A DNA stretch of 63,703 bases, filler included, from Octopus bimaculoides (lineage: Eukaryota), in NCBI RefSeq assembly GCF_001194135.2. It is 4 parts of 4 records of this genome, joined end to end, with 100 filler letters (N's around TTAATTAATTAA, not from the genome) between each part and the next. Parts side by side here need not be neighbours in the genome. Positions count along the whole stretch, not along the records: positions 1 to 17,072 come from NC_069009.1; 3 more parts are not named here. One strand, given 5' to 3'. Shown piece by piece: positions 1-11,511 of this stretch. How positions within the stretch are numbered: position 1 is the first letter of the stretch; each line of letters starts with the position of its first letter. A model generated the notes under the pieces. It worked only from the letters and a program-made list of their open reading frames with translations. It was not told the origin of the DNA and searched no databases. The position numbers and the translations under genes were made by a program.

Positions 1-328
1 CGAAACAAAAGAGCCCCACACTGATCATGACTCCGCTCACATGATCGCTCTCGTTCGTCTCCTTCCAGCAAGGCTCATGTATTGCGTCACACCTGGGCCT
101 CACATTATCTTAAAAAGGCAAACTGGTTCCATTCAAAACGAGAGACGGGACAGCGATTCAGTATTTGTATATTGTATCGATGTATACACGCATATATACC
201 TACATGTTTATATGCATGTATGATGTATGTATATAAGTATGTATATATGTACGTATGTGTGCGTTCTAGTGTGTGTGTGTGTATGTGTGTGTGTTCTGTT
301 TTTATATGTTCCGTATTTTTGTTTCCAG

Positions 329-418
329 GAGAACGTGTCGAGTGAAATGTTATAAAACCGTGACCTACAAGCAGTCACGAAAAGCGTGGTGTTTTTTAAG
401 AAGATGTACAAAATACAG
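329..418 (+). CDS. Exon 1 (first visible) of EMI + cbEGF protein: N-terminal part of EMI-like domain
   Basis: Acceptor tttgtttccag|G at 327-328 after a pyrimidine tract; donor AG|gtaaat at 419. 90 nt, phase 2/2, reads RTCRVKCYKTVTYKQSRKAWCFLRRCTKY and joins the next exon in frame (AG+T=Ser). Not in the ORF track. Confidence 0.85.
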
Positions 419-671
419 GTAAATAAGAAGCCACAGTTTCTGGTATTTATATCTTTCTATAGTGAGTAAACTTTTGATATAACGGCATCCATAATTACAA
501 AATGTCTAAGATAACGGCATTTTTGTCTCTTTCCACCATTTTGGAATCGATATTCATCCATCCGTCCTTCCTTCCATCCGCCCATCCATCCATCAATACA
601 CCAATCGAGTCATCAATTCATACAAACATACGTACATACGTACATACATACATACATACATACAAAAATTA

Positions 672-800
672 ACGGAATTTCGTCCGTCTTTATGTTCTAA
701 GTTCAAATGTCACAGAGGTCGACTTTGCCTTTCGTCTTTCGGGATCGATAAAATAAGTACCATTTGAACACAACTGTCGATGTAATCGATTTAACCCTTT
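672..800 (+). mobile_element. tRNA-derived SINE family B, 5'-truncated
   Basis: Shares gttcaaat..gaggtcgactttgcctttc..tcgataaaataagtacc..gtcgatgtaatcga with the copies at 26640-27300 and 62125-62310. Confidence 0.75.
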
Positions 801-1123
801 CCAATATTTACTGGTCCTGAGCTAAAATTTTAACCAATATTCTAATATTTCTCTGTGTGTGTGTCTGTCTCCCTCACTCTCTCTCAGTCTATGTATATAT
901 ATATATATATATATATATNNNNNNNNNNNNNNNNNNNNNNNNNNNNNNNNNNNNNNNNNNNNNNNNNNNNNNNNNNNNNNNNNNNNNNNNNNNNNNNNNN
1001 NNNNNNNNNNNNNNNNNNNNNNNNNNNNNNNNNNNNNNNNNNNNNNNNNNNNNNNNTATATATGTCTAGGTATACTCGTATATATATGCGTGTGTGTGTG
1101 TGTGTATACATATATATAGTGTA

Positions 1124-1478
1124 GGCGCAATGGCCCAGTGCTTAGGGCAGTGAACTCGCGGTTGTATGATCTCTGTTTAGATTCCTAGATCGGGCGTTGT
1201 GAATGTTTATTGAGCGAAAGCACCTAAAGTTCCACAAGGCTCCGGCAGGGGATGGTGGCAAACCCTGCTGTACTCTTTCGTCACAACTTTCTCTCACACT
1301 TTCTTCCTGTTTCTGTTGTGGCTGTAATTCAAAGGGCCAGCATTGTCACACTGTGTGTTACGCTGAATCTTCCCGAGAACTACGTTAAGGGTAAACGTGA
1401 CTGTGGAGTGCTCAGCCACTTGCACGTTAATTTCACGAGCAAGCTGTTCCGTTGATCGGATCAACTGGAACCCTCGTC
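1124..1478 (+). mobile_element. tRNA-derived SINE family A
   Basis: tRNA-like A-box head (ggcgcaatggcccagtg..tagg). The 3' body (aattcaaaggg..ttaatttcacgagc..gttccgttgatcgg) is shared with 43130-43442 (-) and 50865-51180 (+). Confidence 0.75.
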
Positions 1479-1506
1479 GGAGTAAATGTGCTAAGCAGTG
1501 TTTACG

Positions 1507-1786
1507 TATAATCACAATTTAGATTACTGACAAGTCAGTTTAGGAACGAACGGGGAAACACCCCATTCGGTCAGAGTCGCCCTCTCTCGGGAACCTGGAG
1601 TCAATAATCTCGCAACATCGATATCTCAGATTCCCGAGAGAGAGGGCGACACTGAACGAATGGGGTGTTTTCACACCTATGTACTATAATAATGATTTTT
1701 TTTCTCCACGGTAACTGCAGCGTACTTGCCTTTAGCAATTGAAATATGTGACAAACATATTTCAACTAATCTAAATTGTGATTACA
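1507..1786. mobile_element. MITE-like element with 18-bp terminal inverted repeats and an internal long hairpin
   Basis: TAATCACAATTTAGATTA (1509-1526) vs TAATCTAAATTGTGATTA (1767-1784); internal imperfect inverted repeat 1555-1672; TA-rich flanks. Confidence 0.6.
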
Positions 1787-2289
1787 TATATATATATATA
1801 TGTATGCTGGACCGCTGAAATCTACGATTTCTTTTGTTCATTCTCTCTCTCATAATTTTTTCTTATTCCTTTCTGTTGAAGAGCGTAGGCTCGAAACGTA
1901 AAGGGCTTTTTCTTTTTCTCGAGCGACAATCTAATACACTTGCTTGTTGTTCGTACACTTGTCTTGTGGCCACCTGATCGACCAGACAATCGGATCTTGC
2001 TATATATTTTTTATCACGATACACTTTGCATCATTTTAGCATATTTATGATGGCATCCCAATGGCTAGGCGATTCATTAAGTTTTCGACGCCATGTTGTT
2101 ACCTTAATTGTTATGAGAATGAATGTGCACGTGTATATGTGTGTATGTATATGTACGTTTATGTCAGTGTGAGTCTGTGTGTGTATGTGTGCTTGTATGT
2201 GTGTGCGTGTGTGTGTGTGATTGCCTGAAACGATTATCATTGTGTTCTGTTTATATATTCTGCTATTCCATTATTCTTTCTCTAAACAG

Positions 2290-2366
2290 TTTGAAATACA
2301 GGAAATATAGTACAACCTGTCTCAAATGTTGTAAAGGATGGACTGGCGTTCCCAGAAAGTGCAGAG
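2290..2366 (+). CDS. Exon 2: C-terminal part of EMI-like domain (CCKGW motif)
   Basis: Acceptor ctctctaaacag|T; donor G|gtaagc at 2367. Reads LKYRKYSTTCLKCCKGWTGVPRKCR. CCxGW/Y is the hallmark end of EMI domains. Phase 2/1. Confidence 0.88.
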
Positions 2367-3001
2367 GTAAGCAATATAAGTTCAATACTGACCTGATGTT
2401 ACATGCAGATAAGGGCTAGCGTTTACTTAATATTTTATATCCTAACAAATGAACAATAGCGTCGTTAATTCTTTCTTTCTCTTTTATATTACATACATGA
2501 ACAATAGCGTCGTTTTCTTCATGCTTCCGACATAGTTAATCGGTTTCTATCCCTTTTGGTGTTGTATAAAACCCATAACTATTTCTAACTGTTTGACTTG
2601 GATGATAATTGCCCATCCAATTCCCGAGAAATCTTCCTTTTGTTTCTTCTTCACTTCTCAACTGAATCGACCCTCACTTGAACAAAACTTTGTTGCTCAT
2701 CAAATATCCTATTCTAGAATAACACTCGCAATTTTAATAGCGAAGTATGGTCGAAATGGGAGTGAAATCCTCTCCCCAACAACTGACAATAGAATGCCTC
2801 ATTACGTGTGCTTAAAGGAGGACCCTAACTTCGATAGTGTCATATTCTCTGGCTTGTATCTCACAGTCGATATCACGACAAATGCCTAGTTTCAAAATTG
2901 ACGAGTCGTAATATCTTACAGAGCCCAGACACAACGTACCTACTTCTACCACCTTAAATATAATACACATAATTGTAATAATAATAATGATAATAATAAT
3001 C

Positions 3002-3057
<56 letters not shown>

Positions 3058-3059
<2 letters not shown>

Positions 3060-3352
3060 CAGGAAAACCCAAATGGCTGAAGTTCAAAAGATAGTGCTCA
3101 TGGGAACTGCCCATATCCTACGTAAAATACTGTCTATGTGATCTCAAATTTTGAAACAAACACATAATTTTCTTAGGGTTTCTTAAACATTCTCTAGAAC
3201 AACACTATGTACAAATCGAAATATATGGTACCCTAGGCATAACACCTACATGAACTTCTAACTTGTTGTCTCTTGAGGTCTCTGGGTGAGACTTGGATCC
3301 AACTTGTACAAATGTAAAACAAAAGTCAAACATAAAATAATAATAATAATAA
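3058..3352 (+). mobile_element. R4/Dong-like non-LTR retrotransposon, 3' end, in (AAT)n
   Basis: Encodes PGKPKMAEVQKIVLMGTAHILRKILSM*, the same C-terminus as 25188-25598. 3' UTR recurs reversed at 42596-42791. (AAT)n on both sides. Confidence 0.75.
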
Positions 3353-3959
3353 TGTTGCATTTGTGGATGGTCATGTTGCCAATTTAGCCAATAAAAACAC
3401 ACGCACTGTATATTAGGTGTTCACTTGCAAGAGCTTTATTTCATATTGATTATATTTCGGCCAGAGTTCTTTCGTCACACTTCTGTGACCTCATCAGTGG
3501 TCCTTTGCTTTCTGCTTTCTTTTTTGTGCCTCTCCTTACTAACGTTCTGCCATTTTGTATTCCTGTTGCATGTGTCTTTATTTGCGCTTGCGTAAATCGC
3601 TGTGTGTGTCTATGTTTGCTAAGTGTGTGTTTGGGAATGTGTACGGTACCTGCATTACCGGTATCCCCTGTTTATTCACGTTCAATTAATTTTATTAATT
3701 TTATTCATTTGTATTTTTTTTATCTGCTTACTTTATTATTTCTTCTTTCTCTGTATTAATTTATTGTATTTTGTGTATATATTTAATTATTTAATTCCAA
3801 TTATTTATCTATCTATAATATTAGTTTCATATTAACAATTTATGGGGATCTTATTCTGTCATCAGGTTGTGTTGTGGGGGCTTGTGCTAGAGTTCCATTC
3901 TAGTTTTCTATTTAGGCTAGGTTTATCTTCTATTATGTGTGTACTACTAGTAATAATTC

Positions 3960-4515
3960 CCCGATGCAGTACCAGGTACTGGCTCTCATGGCTTCAGATG
4001 TTAACTGATTGGTAGTGTTATCATGTACGTTGTTTTGTCTTGGTATAAAAGATTTGCTACAGCGAATATTCTACTCAATACCACAGATATGCTTGTCAGT
4101 TACTTAACCATAACCAGTAGATAATGTTCCTTAGTGGTTGACGATGTGAGCATTTCTGATCACCTGCAGAAGTAGTGACTGAGTATCATAGCCATGTGTT
4201 AAGAGGAATGAATTTTTTAGGGTTTGGATAATTCACCTTTGATAACAAGGGTGTTTTGTTCAATTTCCTTAAACAATCCTTATTCAGGGACCTTTTGAGC
4301 GGGATAAGCTACGCGACCTGAAGAAAATTCTAACTTTGCCCCACCTGCAGGTCATGCTCTGTTTATCTTGATATGAGATCACCATGTTGTGCACATGTGG
4401 TTGTGGTGCATGTGCCTGGTGTACTCTTATTAAACGGGTAGTTATGATGGGTATAATGGGCTTCGCGTATTTTATCCCTGTGTCACTTTGATGACATGCA
4501 CTGCTCTCTTATCCA
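3960..4515 (+). mobile_element. Interspersed retroposon-like repeat (family D) ending in an (AAT)n tail
   Basis: Homologous copies on the opposite strand at 16720-17072 and 41190-41725 and a fragment at 51650-51775; each ends in ..gtcactttga..gcactgctctct..caataat. Confidence 0.7.
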
Positions 4516-4545
4516 ATAATAATAATAATACTAATAATACTAATG

Positions 4546-4616
<71 letters not shown>

Positions 4617-4617
4617 C
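4515..4617. repeat. (AAT)n microsatellite
   Basis: Direct inspection. Other (AAT)/(ATT)n tracts lie at about 2975-3057, 5445-5670, 6600-6648, 7345-7490, 7885-9066, 10137-10430, 24648-24723, 26562-26638, 30023-30150, 41120-41191, 41730-41865 and 42484-42598. Confidence 0.97.
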
Positions 4618-4633
4618 TGATCCAACTTTTTAG

Positions 4634-4750
4634 ATATCAACGAGTGTCGAAAAAAGCCTTGTGCATGGAATGCTAGATGTATCAACACACCCGGTTCCTA
4701 TCGTTGTGTTTGTGACCGTGGATATACAATGGGACGACGTGAATGTGTTG
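4634..4750 (+). CDS. Exon 3: calcium-binding EGF module 1
   Basis: tttttag|AT ... G|gtaagt; 117 nt, phase 1/1. [39 protein letters not shown] has 6 Cys, D-I-N-E-C and C-x-N-x4-Y-x-C-x-C. Confidence 0.95.
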
Positions 4751-5488
4751 GTAAGTAAACAAATATAATACACATACACGCGCGCGCGCACGTACACACA
4801 CACACACACACACACACTCACACACACACACATACACTATCAGCTTCAGTTATCTTTACATAACATAACATTTTGTCAGAGCAGGTACGTGCCTGCATCC
4901 TCAGATGTATGTAGTAGGGATGAAGAAAATTGAACGAAACCGCAGAAGACGGGTTTCGGCAGTCGCGCGCTGTTCCGCTGCCGTCGCGGTCGTCGTCGCA
5001 AACTCCTCGCCTAATTTCTAAAATTTTTTTTTTTTTTTTTTTGGTTGGTTGGTCTTCCATTGGTCGGTTGATGTTATGTGGATCAAAAAATCACTGATAT
5101 CTTTTAATACTAGCTAAATGTCAGAGAGGCGGTTTGTGGAAATGCTTTTGTGACAAACATAGACCACATCTGCTCATTGTCAAGGGATTCTTAAGGGTGT
5201 CGTAGCTTCTGTACATGTCTGAAAATCATCAACAGCGTTCCCAAACTCAATAGAATAGAAAATATTACATGGAACCTCTTGGTAGACTTTCACCCTAACA
5301 ATTGACGCTGCGACCCAAAATGCTGCCATGAGAACAACACCTAGTACTGTTATTTTTAAGGTCTACTGAGTCTGTGTTCGAGGTATCGAGGAGAAATTCG
5401 GTAAAAATATAGAAACAGAATCGAGAAATAAAAAAAAAACTTAATGATAATAACAACACAATGATAATAATGATAATAATAATAACAC

Positions 5489-5524
<36 letters not shown>

Positions 5525-5565
5525 TGATGATGATGGTGACGATGTTGGTGATGGTATTGATGATG

Positions 5566-6345
<780 letters not shown>

Positions 6346-6428
6346 AACCCCACGATAATAACTAAAACAACAACAATAATGTATCTATTTTCTAAACATG
6401 TGACAATTGTTTCTTTTTCATTTTCTAG

Positions 6429-6545
6429 ATGTAAATGAGTGCAGACAGAGACCGTGTGGTAGAAATGGTAGATGTGTCAACAAAATAGGATCTTACAGAT
6501 GTTTCTGTAACCGAGGGTATCGTTGGGACGGGAAAACATGTACTG
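6429..6545 (+). CDS. Exon 4: calcium-binding EGF module 2
   Basis: ttttctag|AT ... G|gtaagt; 117 nt, phase 1/1. [39 protein letters not shown] (inside ORF 6407..6733). Confidence 0.95.
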
Positions 6546-6599
6546 GTAAGTACAGCCTAAATAGACAACAAATATATATGTATAATTTGCTTCAAGTTC

Positions 6600-6649
<50 letters not shown>

Positions 6650-6650
<1 letters not shown>

Positions 6651-6862
6651 CAATAGCTCTTTCTACTGGAAATGCAATACGGGGGAAGGGATTAAGCCGA
6701 TTGCCTCGACCCCAATGTTCCACTGGTACTTAATTTATCTACTTTGAAATGATGAAAGGCAAAGTCAGCCTCGGCGGAATTGGAACTCAGAACGTAGCGA
6801 CGGACGAAATACCACTAAGCATTTCGTGTGGCGTTCTAACGGTTCCGCCAGCTCGCCACCCT
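6650..6862 (-). mobile_element. tRNA-derived SINE family B
   Basis: Reverse complement gives ggtggcgagctggcgg..aaccgttagaacgcc..gagttccaattccgccgagg. Confidence 0.8.
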
Positions 6863-6910
6863 AAATAATGATACTACTACTACTACTACTAATAATAATG
6901 ATAATAATAA

Positions 6911-7125
6911 AATAATAGTACTCTGGCAAAAGAATTTGATAAGCTTAAAAAATATAAAGATTTGTTAATCAAAATCGAAAAGATGTGGCATCTCAAGACG
7001 GTTACAATACCAGTGATTGTAGGAGGGCTTGGAATGATCAGAAAAGGAACTAAAAATTCCATGTAGGAATTGCAAAAATGTCTTAACTAGTACGTCACAC
7101 ATATTGAGAAGATCATTGCCGCTGG
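6911..7125 (+). mobile_element. R4/Dong-like REL endonuclease C-terminal fragment
   Basis: Reads AKEFDKLKKYKDLLIKIEKMWHLKTVTIPVIVGGLGMI; matches KLSKYKDLEIE..MWNL...IVGALGMI of other copies. Confidence 0.75.
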
Positions 7126-7366
7126 AAATTTTCTTTCTCTTTTCCTCCCTTCATTTTCTTTGTTGACATTTTTACTTTTTATTTTTCTCTGTTTTTTTCT
7201 TCCACTTTTTCTCTATCACATGACTTGGTACATGGACAATTAGGTGTGTTTATTTTAATGGCCTACCAGTGTATACAGTGCGTTTCTCTGCCTTAGGTGT
7301 CAAAAGGCACTCGGCAAGAAATGGAAGCAGAATTGAAAGAAGATAATAATAATAATAATAATAATG

Positions 7367-7433
<67 letters not shown>

Positions 7434-7527
7434 TAATAATAATAATAGTAATAGTAATAATAATAATGATGATAATAGTAATAACAATAAAGATTTTCAT
7501 TTGATATTGCAATACATATATTTTCAG

Positions 7528-7647
7528 ACATCAACGAGTGTAGAAGGAGAGTCTGTGGTCGTTATGCAAGATGTTACAACACACCTGGATCCTACTATTG
7601 CAAGTGCTACGGTCGTGGCTACCAAATGATCGGAAAGAGATGTGTAG
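7528..7647 (+). CDS. Exon 5: calcium-binding EGF module 3
   Basis: ttttcag|AC ... G|gtaagt; 120 nt, phase 1/1. DINECRRRVCGRYARCYNTPGSYYCKCYGRGYQMIGKRCV. Confidence 0.95.
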
Positions 7648-7676
7648 GTAAGTAGAAGACAACAATAACGATAGCA

Positions 7677-7737
<61 letters not shown>

Positions 7738-7915
7738 GTATGTATATATATATTATATATATACATATATATCTGTGTGTGTGTGTGAGTGTGTTCGTAA
7801 GTATACTCATGAACATGCATGTATGTATGTATGTATGTATGTACAGGAAATTCTTATCTACTTAGTATCTAGCCGATATCAAATTAATGATGATAATAAT
7901 AATAATGATAACAAT

Positions 7916-8022
<107 letters not shown>

Positions 8023-8787
8023 TAATAATAATAATAATACAANNNNNNNNNNNNNNNNNNNNNNNNNNNNNNNNNNNNNNNNNNNNNNNNNNNNNNNNNN
8101 NNNNNNNNNNNNNNNNNNNNNNNNNNNNNNNNNNNNNNNNNNNNNNNNNNNNNNNNNNNNNNNNNNNNNNNNNNNNNNNNNNNNNNNNNNNNNNNNNNNN
8201 NNNNNNNNNNNNNNNNNNNNNNNNNNNNNNNNNNNNNNNNNNNNNNNNNNNNNNNNNNNNNNNNNNNNNNNNNNNNNNNNNNNNNNNNNNNNNNNNNNNN
8301 NNNNNNNNNNNNNNNNNNNNNNNNNNNNNNNNNNNNNNNNNNNNNNNNNNNNNNNNNNNNNNNNNNNNNNNNNNNNNNNNNNNNNNNNNNNNNNNNNNNN
8401 NNNNNNNNNNNNNNNNNNNNNNNNNNNNNNNNNNNNNNNNNNNNNNNNNNNNNNNNNNNNNNNNNNNNNNNNNNNNNNNNNNNNNNNNNNNNNNNNNNNN
8501 NNNNNNNNNNNNNNNNNNNNNNNNNNNNNNNNNNNNNNNNNNNNNNNNNNNNNNNNNNNNNNNNNNNNNNNNNNNNNNNNNNNNNNNNNNNNNNNNNNNN
8601 NNNNNNNNNNNNNNNNNNNNNNNNNNNNNNNNNNNNNNNNNNNNNNNNNNNNNNNNNNNNNNNNNNNNNNNNNNNNNNNNNNNNNNNNNNNNNNNNNNNN
8701 NNNNNNNNNNNNNNNNNNNNNNNNNNNNNNNNNNNNNNNNNNNNNNNNNNNNNNNNNNNNNNNNNNNNNNNNNNNNNNNNNNNNNNN

Positions 8788-8867
<80 letters not shown>

Positions 8868-8898
8868 CAATAATAATAATAATAATAACAACAACAAC

Positions 8899-9050
<152 letters not shown>

Positions 9051-9066
9051 TAATAATAATAATAAT

Positions 9067-10132
9067 ACAACTAAGAAACTATTACAAAATAACCACCGTA
9101 GGACTACAAAATACATCAGAAGTATGGAATACTAATACAAATAGCCACAAAACACGAACAAAACAAAAAATATTTTCAGTTTTTAAGGAAGCTGACAAAT
9201 TCAAAACAGGAAATTATATTACCTAAGAACTATGAAGGAAAAGAAGAAACAACAAAAGCTGTAACACTGGAACAGCAACGGATTATGATAAGATGATGTC
9301 AAGAAAAGCTCCCTCGTAGCAAATACTGGGTTAAAATAAACAGATAAGAGAGAGACAAAGCAAAATCCCAACTATCGCTGAGAAGCGCAGGACTCCAAGC
9401 AGAGACTGAAGACCAAAGCCTCCCCACCAGAAATTACCAAGAACATGTAATGAAAAGAAATACAAGTAACTGCAGAATATGTGGTGATGGGCAAGAAACA
9501 GTAAATCGTACTGTCTCTGGCTGCCTAGTCATGGCTAAGAAGGAATATATTCACAGATACGACATGGTTGGGACCTATATACACTGGAAGCTATGCTGAC
9601 ACTATGAAGTAACAATAGAAAAAAATATGGTTTAAGCACACGTCAGAAAAGGTCACAGAAAATGAGAAAGCAAGCATAGTATGGGATATGCGAGTATACA
9701 GAAATGGAGAAATTAAGGCCAATAGACCGGATACAGTTGTCAGAGATCATTAAGAAAAAAATGCTTTTTTATCGATCTATCAATACCAACAGACGACAAT
9801 GTTTCTCTAAAAGAAACGGAGAAGCTTTCAGAATGTAAACATCTGGAAATAAAGTTAACTCGAATGTGAAATCTAAAAGCAGAGACAATTCTTATCATGT
9901 GGGCGCATTAGGTATGATAAAAAATTATTCAGACAATTACATAACAAAATCACCAGAACGAAGAAGTATATATAACATACAGAAATTAGCACCACTAGGC
10001 ACCGCACACATCCTACGGAAAACACTTTTAATACTGTAAAAGTGAGTGCATCACAACAACCACAGCACATATCCAAGGCACATAGAGCTGCGCTCGGTAG
10101 TGCAGTGAAAGCCCGTGATAAAAATTTGACCA

Positions 10133-10136
<4 letters not shown>
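9067..10136 (+). mobile_element. R4/Dong-like retrotransposon 3' kb (CCHC zinc finger, REL domain, 3' UTR), degenerate
   Basis: Fragments DQSLPTRNYQ..CRICGDGQETVN..VSGC..AKKEYIH, ANRPDTVVRDH and TAHIL; stops and frameshifts. (AAT)n on both sides. Confidence 0.8.
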
Positions 10137-10217
<81 letters not shown>

Positions 10218-10218
<1 letters not shown>

Positions 10219-10365
10219 GAGCATGGACACTGCACACATCCTACGCAAAACACTTTCAATACAGTAACCATAAGAGCATCACAGCAAACCACAGCACATA
10301 CCCAAGGCACACAGAGCTGCGCTCGGTAGTGAAGTGAAAGCACGTTATAAAAATAAAACTACTGA
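10218..10365 (+). mobile_element. Second, very short 3' copy of the same R4/Dong-like family inside the first copy's tail
   Basis: Repeats ..gcacacatcctacg..acagcacatacccaaggcacacagagctgcgctcggtagtg..actg from about 10000-10136; flanked by (AAT)n and (AAC/AAT)n. Confidence 0.8.
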
Positions 10366-10376
10366 ACAACAACAAC

Positions 10377-10434
<58 letters not shown>

Positions 10435-10439
10435 GTTAC

Positions 10440-10900
10440 ATACTTTACTACAAGGACATCCATTTTGGTGAAGAGGACGAGTTCTCTTCGAGGGATGGAG
10501 GGAAAGGAGTCGGGTTTATTTTGGGAAATTAAAGGTTTAGATATAACAGAAGAGGCCAGAACAGAAAAGGTTTCCGTTCGTAGAGGAGCAATATGGCTTC
10601 TCCCGTTTTAGAAGAAAGTTTTAGGAACCATCTTTTAGTATTTGAGAGAGAGAGAGAGATAAACTAGTTGCGGTGAGATCTCCGTATGGACCCTTAATCC
10701 ACGAGGTGAAAAGAAGTGAATATGGACAGAAGACTAAGGATGTATCTGTGCAGTGATTTTAAGGGTGTGTACGAAAGAGTCAGATATGGTTAGAAACGGG
10801 GTATAGGTGAAGGGATAATGTGATGAAGGAAGAGCTGAGGGTTAATATGGAGAGAAAGTACGAAGTCTCGGCGAGAACCTTAGAAAAGGAGTACGCTTCA
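10440..10900 (-). mobile_element. Possible degenerate L2/CR1-type LINE 3' fragment
   Basis: Purine-rich plus strand; minus strand only loosely resembles LINE ORF2 C-termini. No clean motif. Confidence 0.3.
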
Positions 10901-11000
10901 GTGTATAGTGACTAATGTAAAACAATTACAAAACCAATAATATAAATCTTATTAGTTCCTTATTTATATGTTCAATGTTTATTTCTCCTTCACATTTCAG

Positions 11001-11117
11001 ACATCAACGAGTGTTTAAGGAATCCTTGTCCTTCTGGTTCGACCTGTCACAACTTCCCAGGCTCCTACCGTTGTGCATGTAAAAGAGGTTACTACTTTGC
11101 AAATAACACTTGTATTG
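11001..11117 (+). CDS. Exon 6: calcium-binding EGF module 4
   Basis: cttcacatttcag|AC ... G|gtaagt; 117 nt, phase 1/1. DINECLRNPCPSGSTCHNFPGSYRCACKRGYYFANNTCI. Confidence 0.95.
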
Positions 11118-11394
11118 GTAAGTAAACTATAAAAACTAACCCAGAAGAGCAAAAATAAATATTCTAAGTCCACATTGGTTTACCAAAATAGTTTGTGGTG
11201 ATTGTTTAACCCTAGGTTAATAATGATCCGGCAGGTTTAAAATATGTAGTTATTTAGTCAAGATAAGGTGATCTATTATTTCAAATATACCACCTGTGTT
11301 ATTAAATAGACGATCATACTTTTGTACATGTAAACAATCATTGGTTCTTTCCTGCTTTTGTGTATAAATAACATTTATTTATTTGTTTTAACAG

Positions 11395-11511
11395 ATTACA
11401 ACGAGTGCAAATATAAAGGAAGATGTGACCAAATCTGTATCAATACTCCCGGATCCTACTATTGCCGCTGTAATAAGGGTTATGAAATATTTAAGAATCG
11501 TTTTTGCGTGG
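11395..11511 (+). CDS. Exon 7: calcium-binding EGF module 5
   Basis: tgttttaacag|AT ... G|gtaagt; 117 nt, phase 1/1. [39 protein letters not shown]. Confidence 0.93.

Noticed and set aside
76-111. HVLRHTWASHYL, resembling the tyrosine-recombinase HxLRH motif
   Set aside because: In-frame stops at 22 and 28; no downstream LGH or properly placed catalytic Tyr; the frame runs into a microsatellite. It lies in an intron of the EGF gene. Likely chance, though a Crypton/DIRS scrap is not excluded.
1124-1195. tRNA genes at SINE heads (also 50865 and 62125)
   Set aside because: Degenerate A/B boxes without a cloverleaf, fused to repeat bodies; these are SINEs, not tRNA genes.
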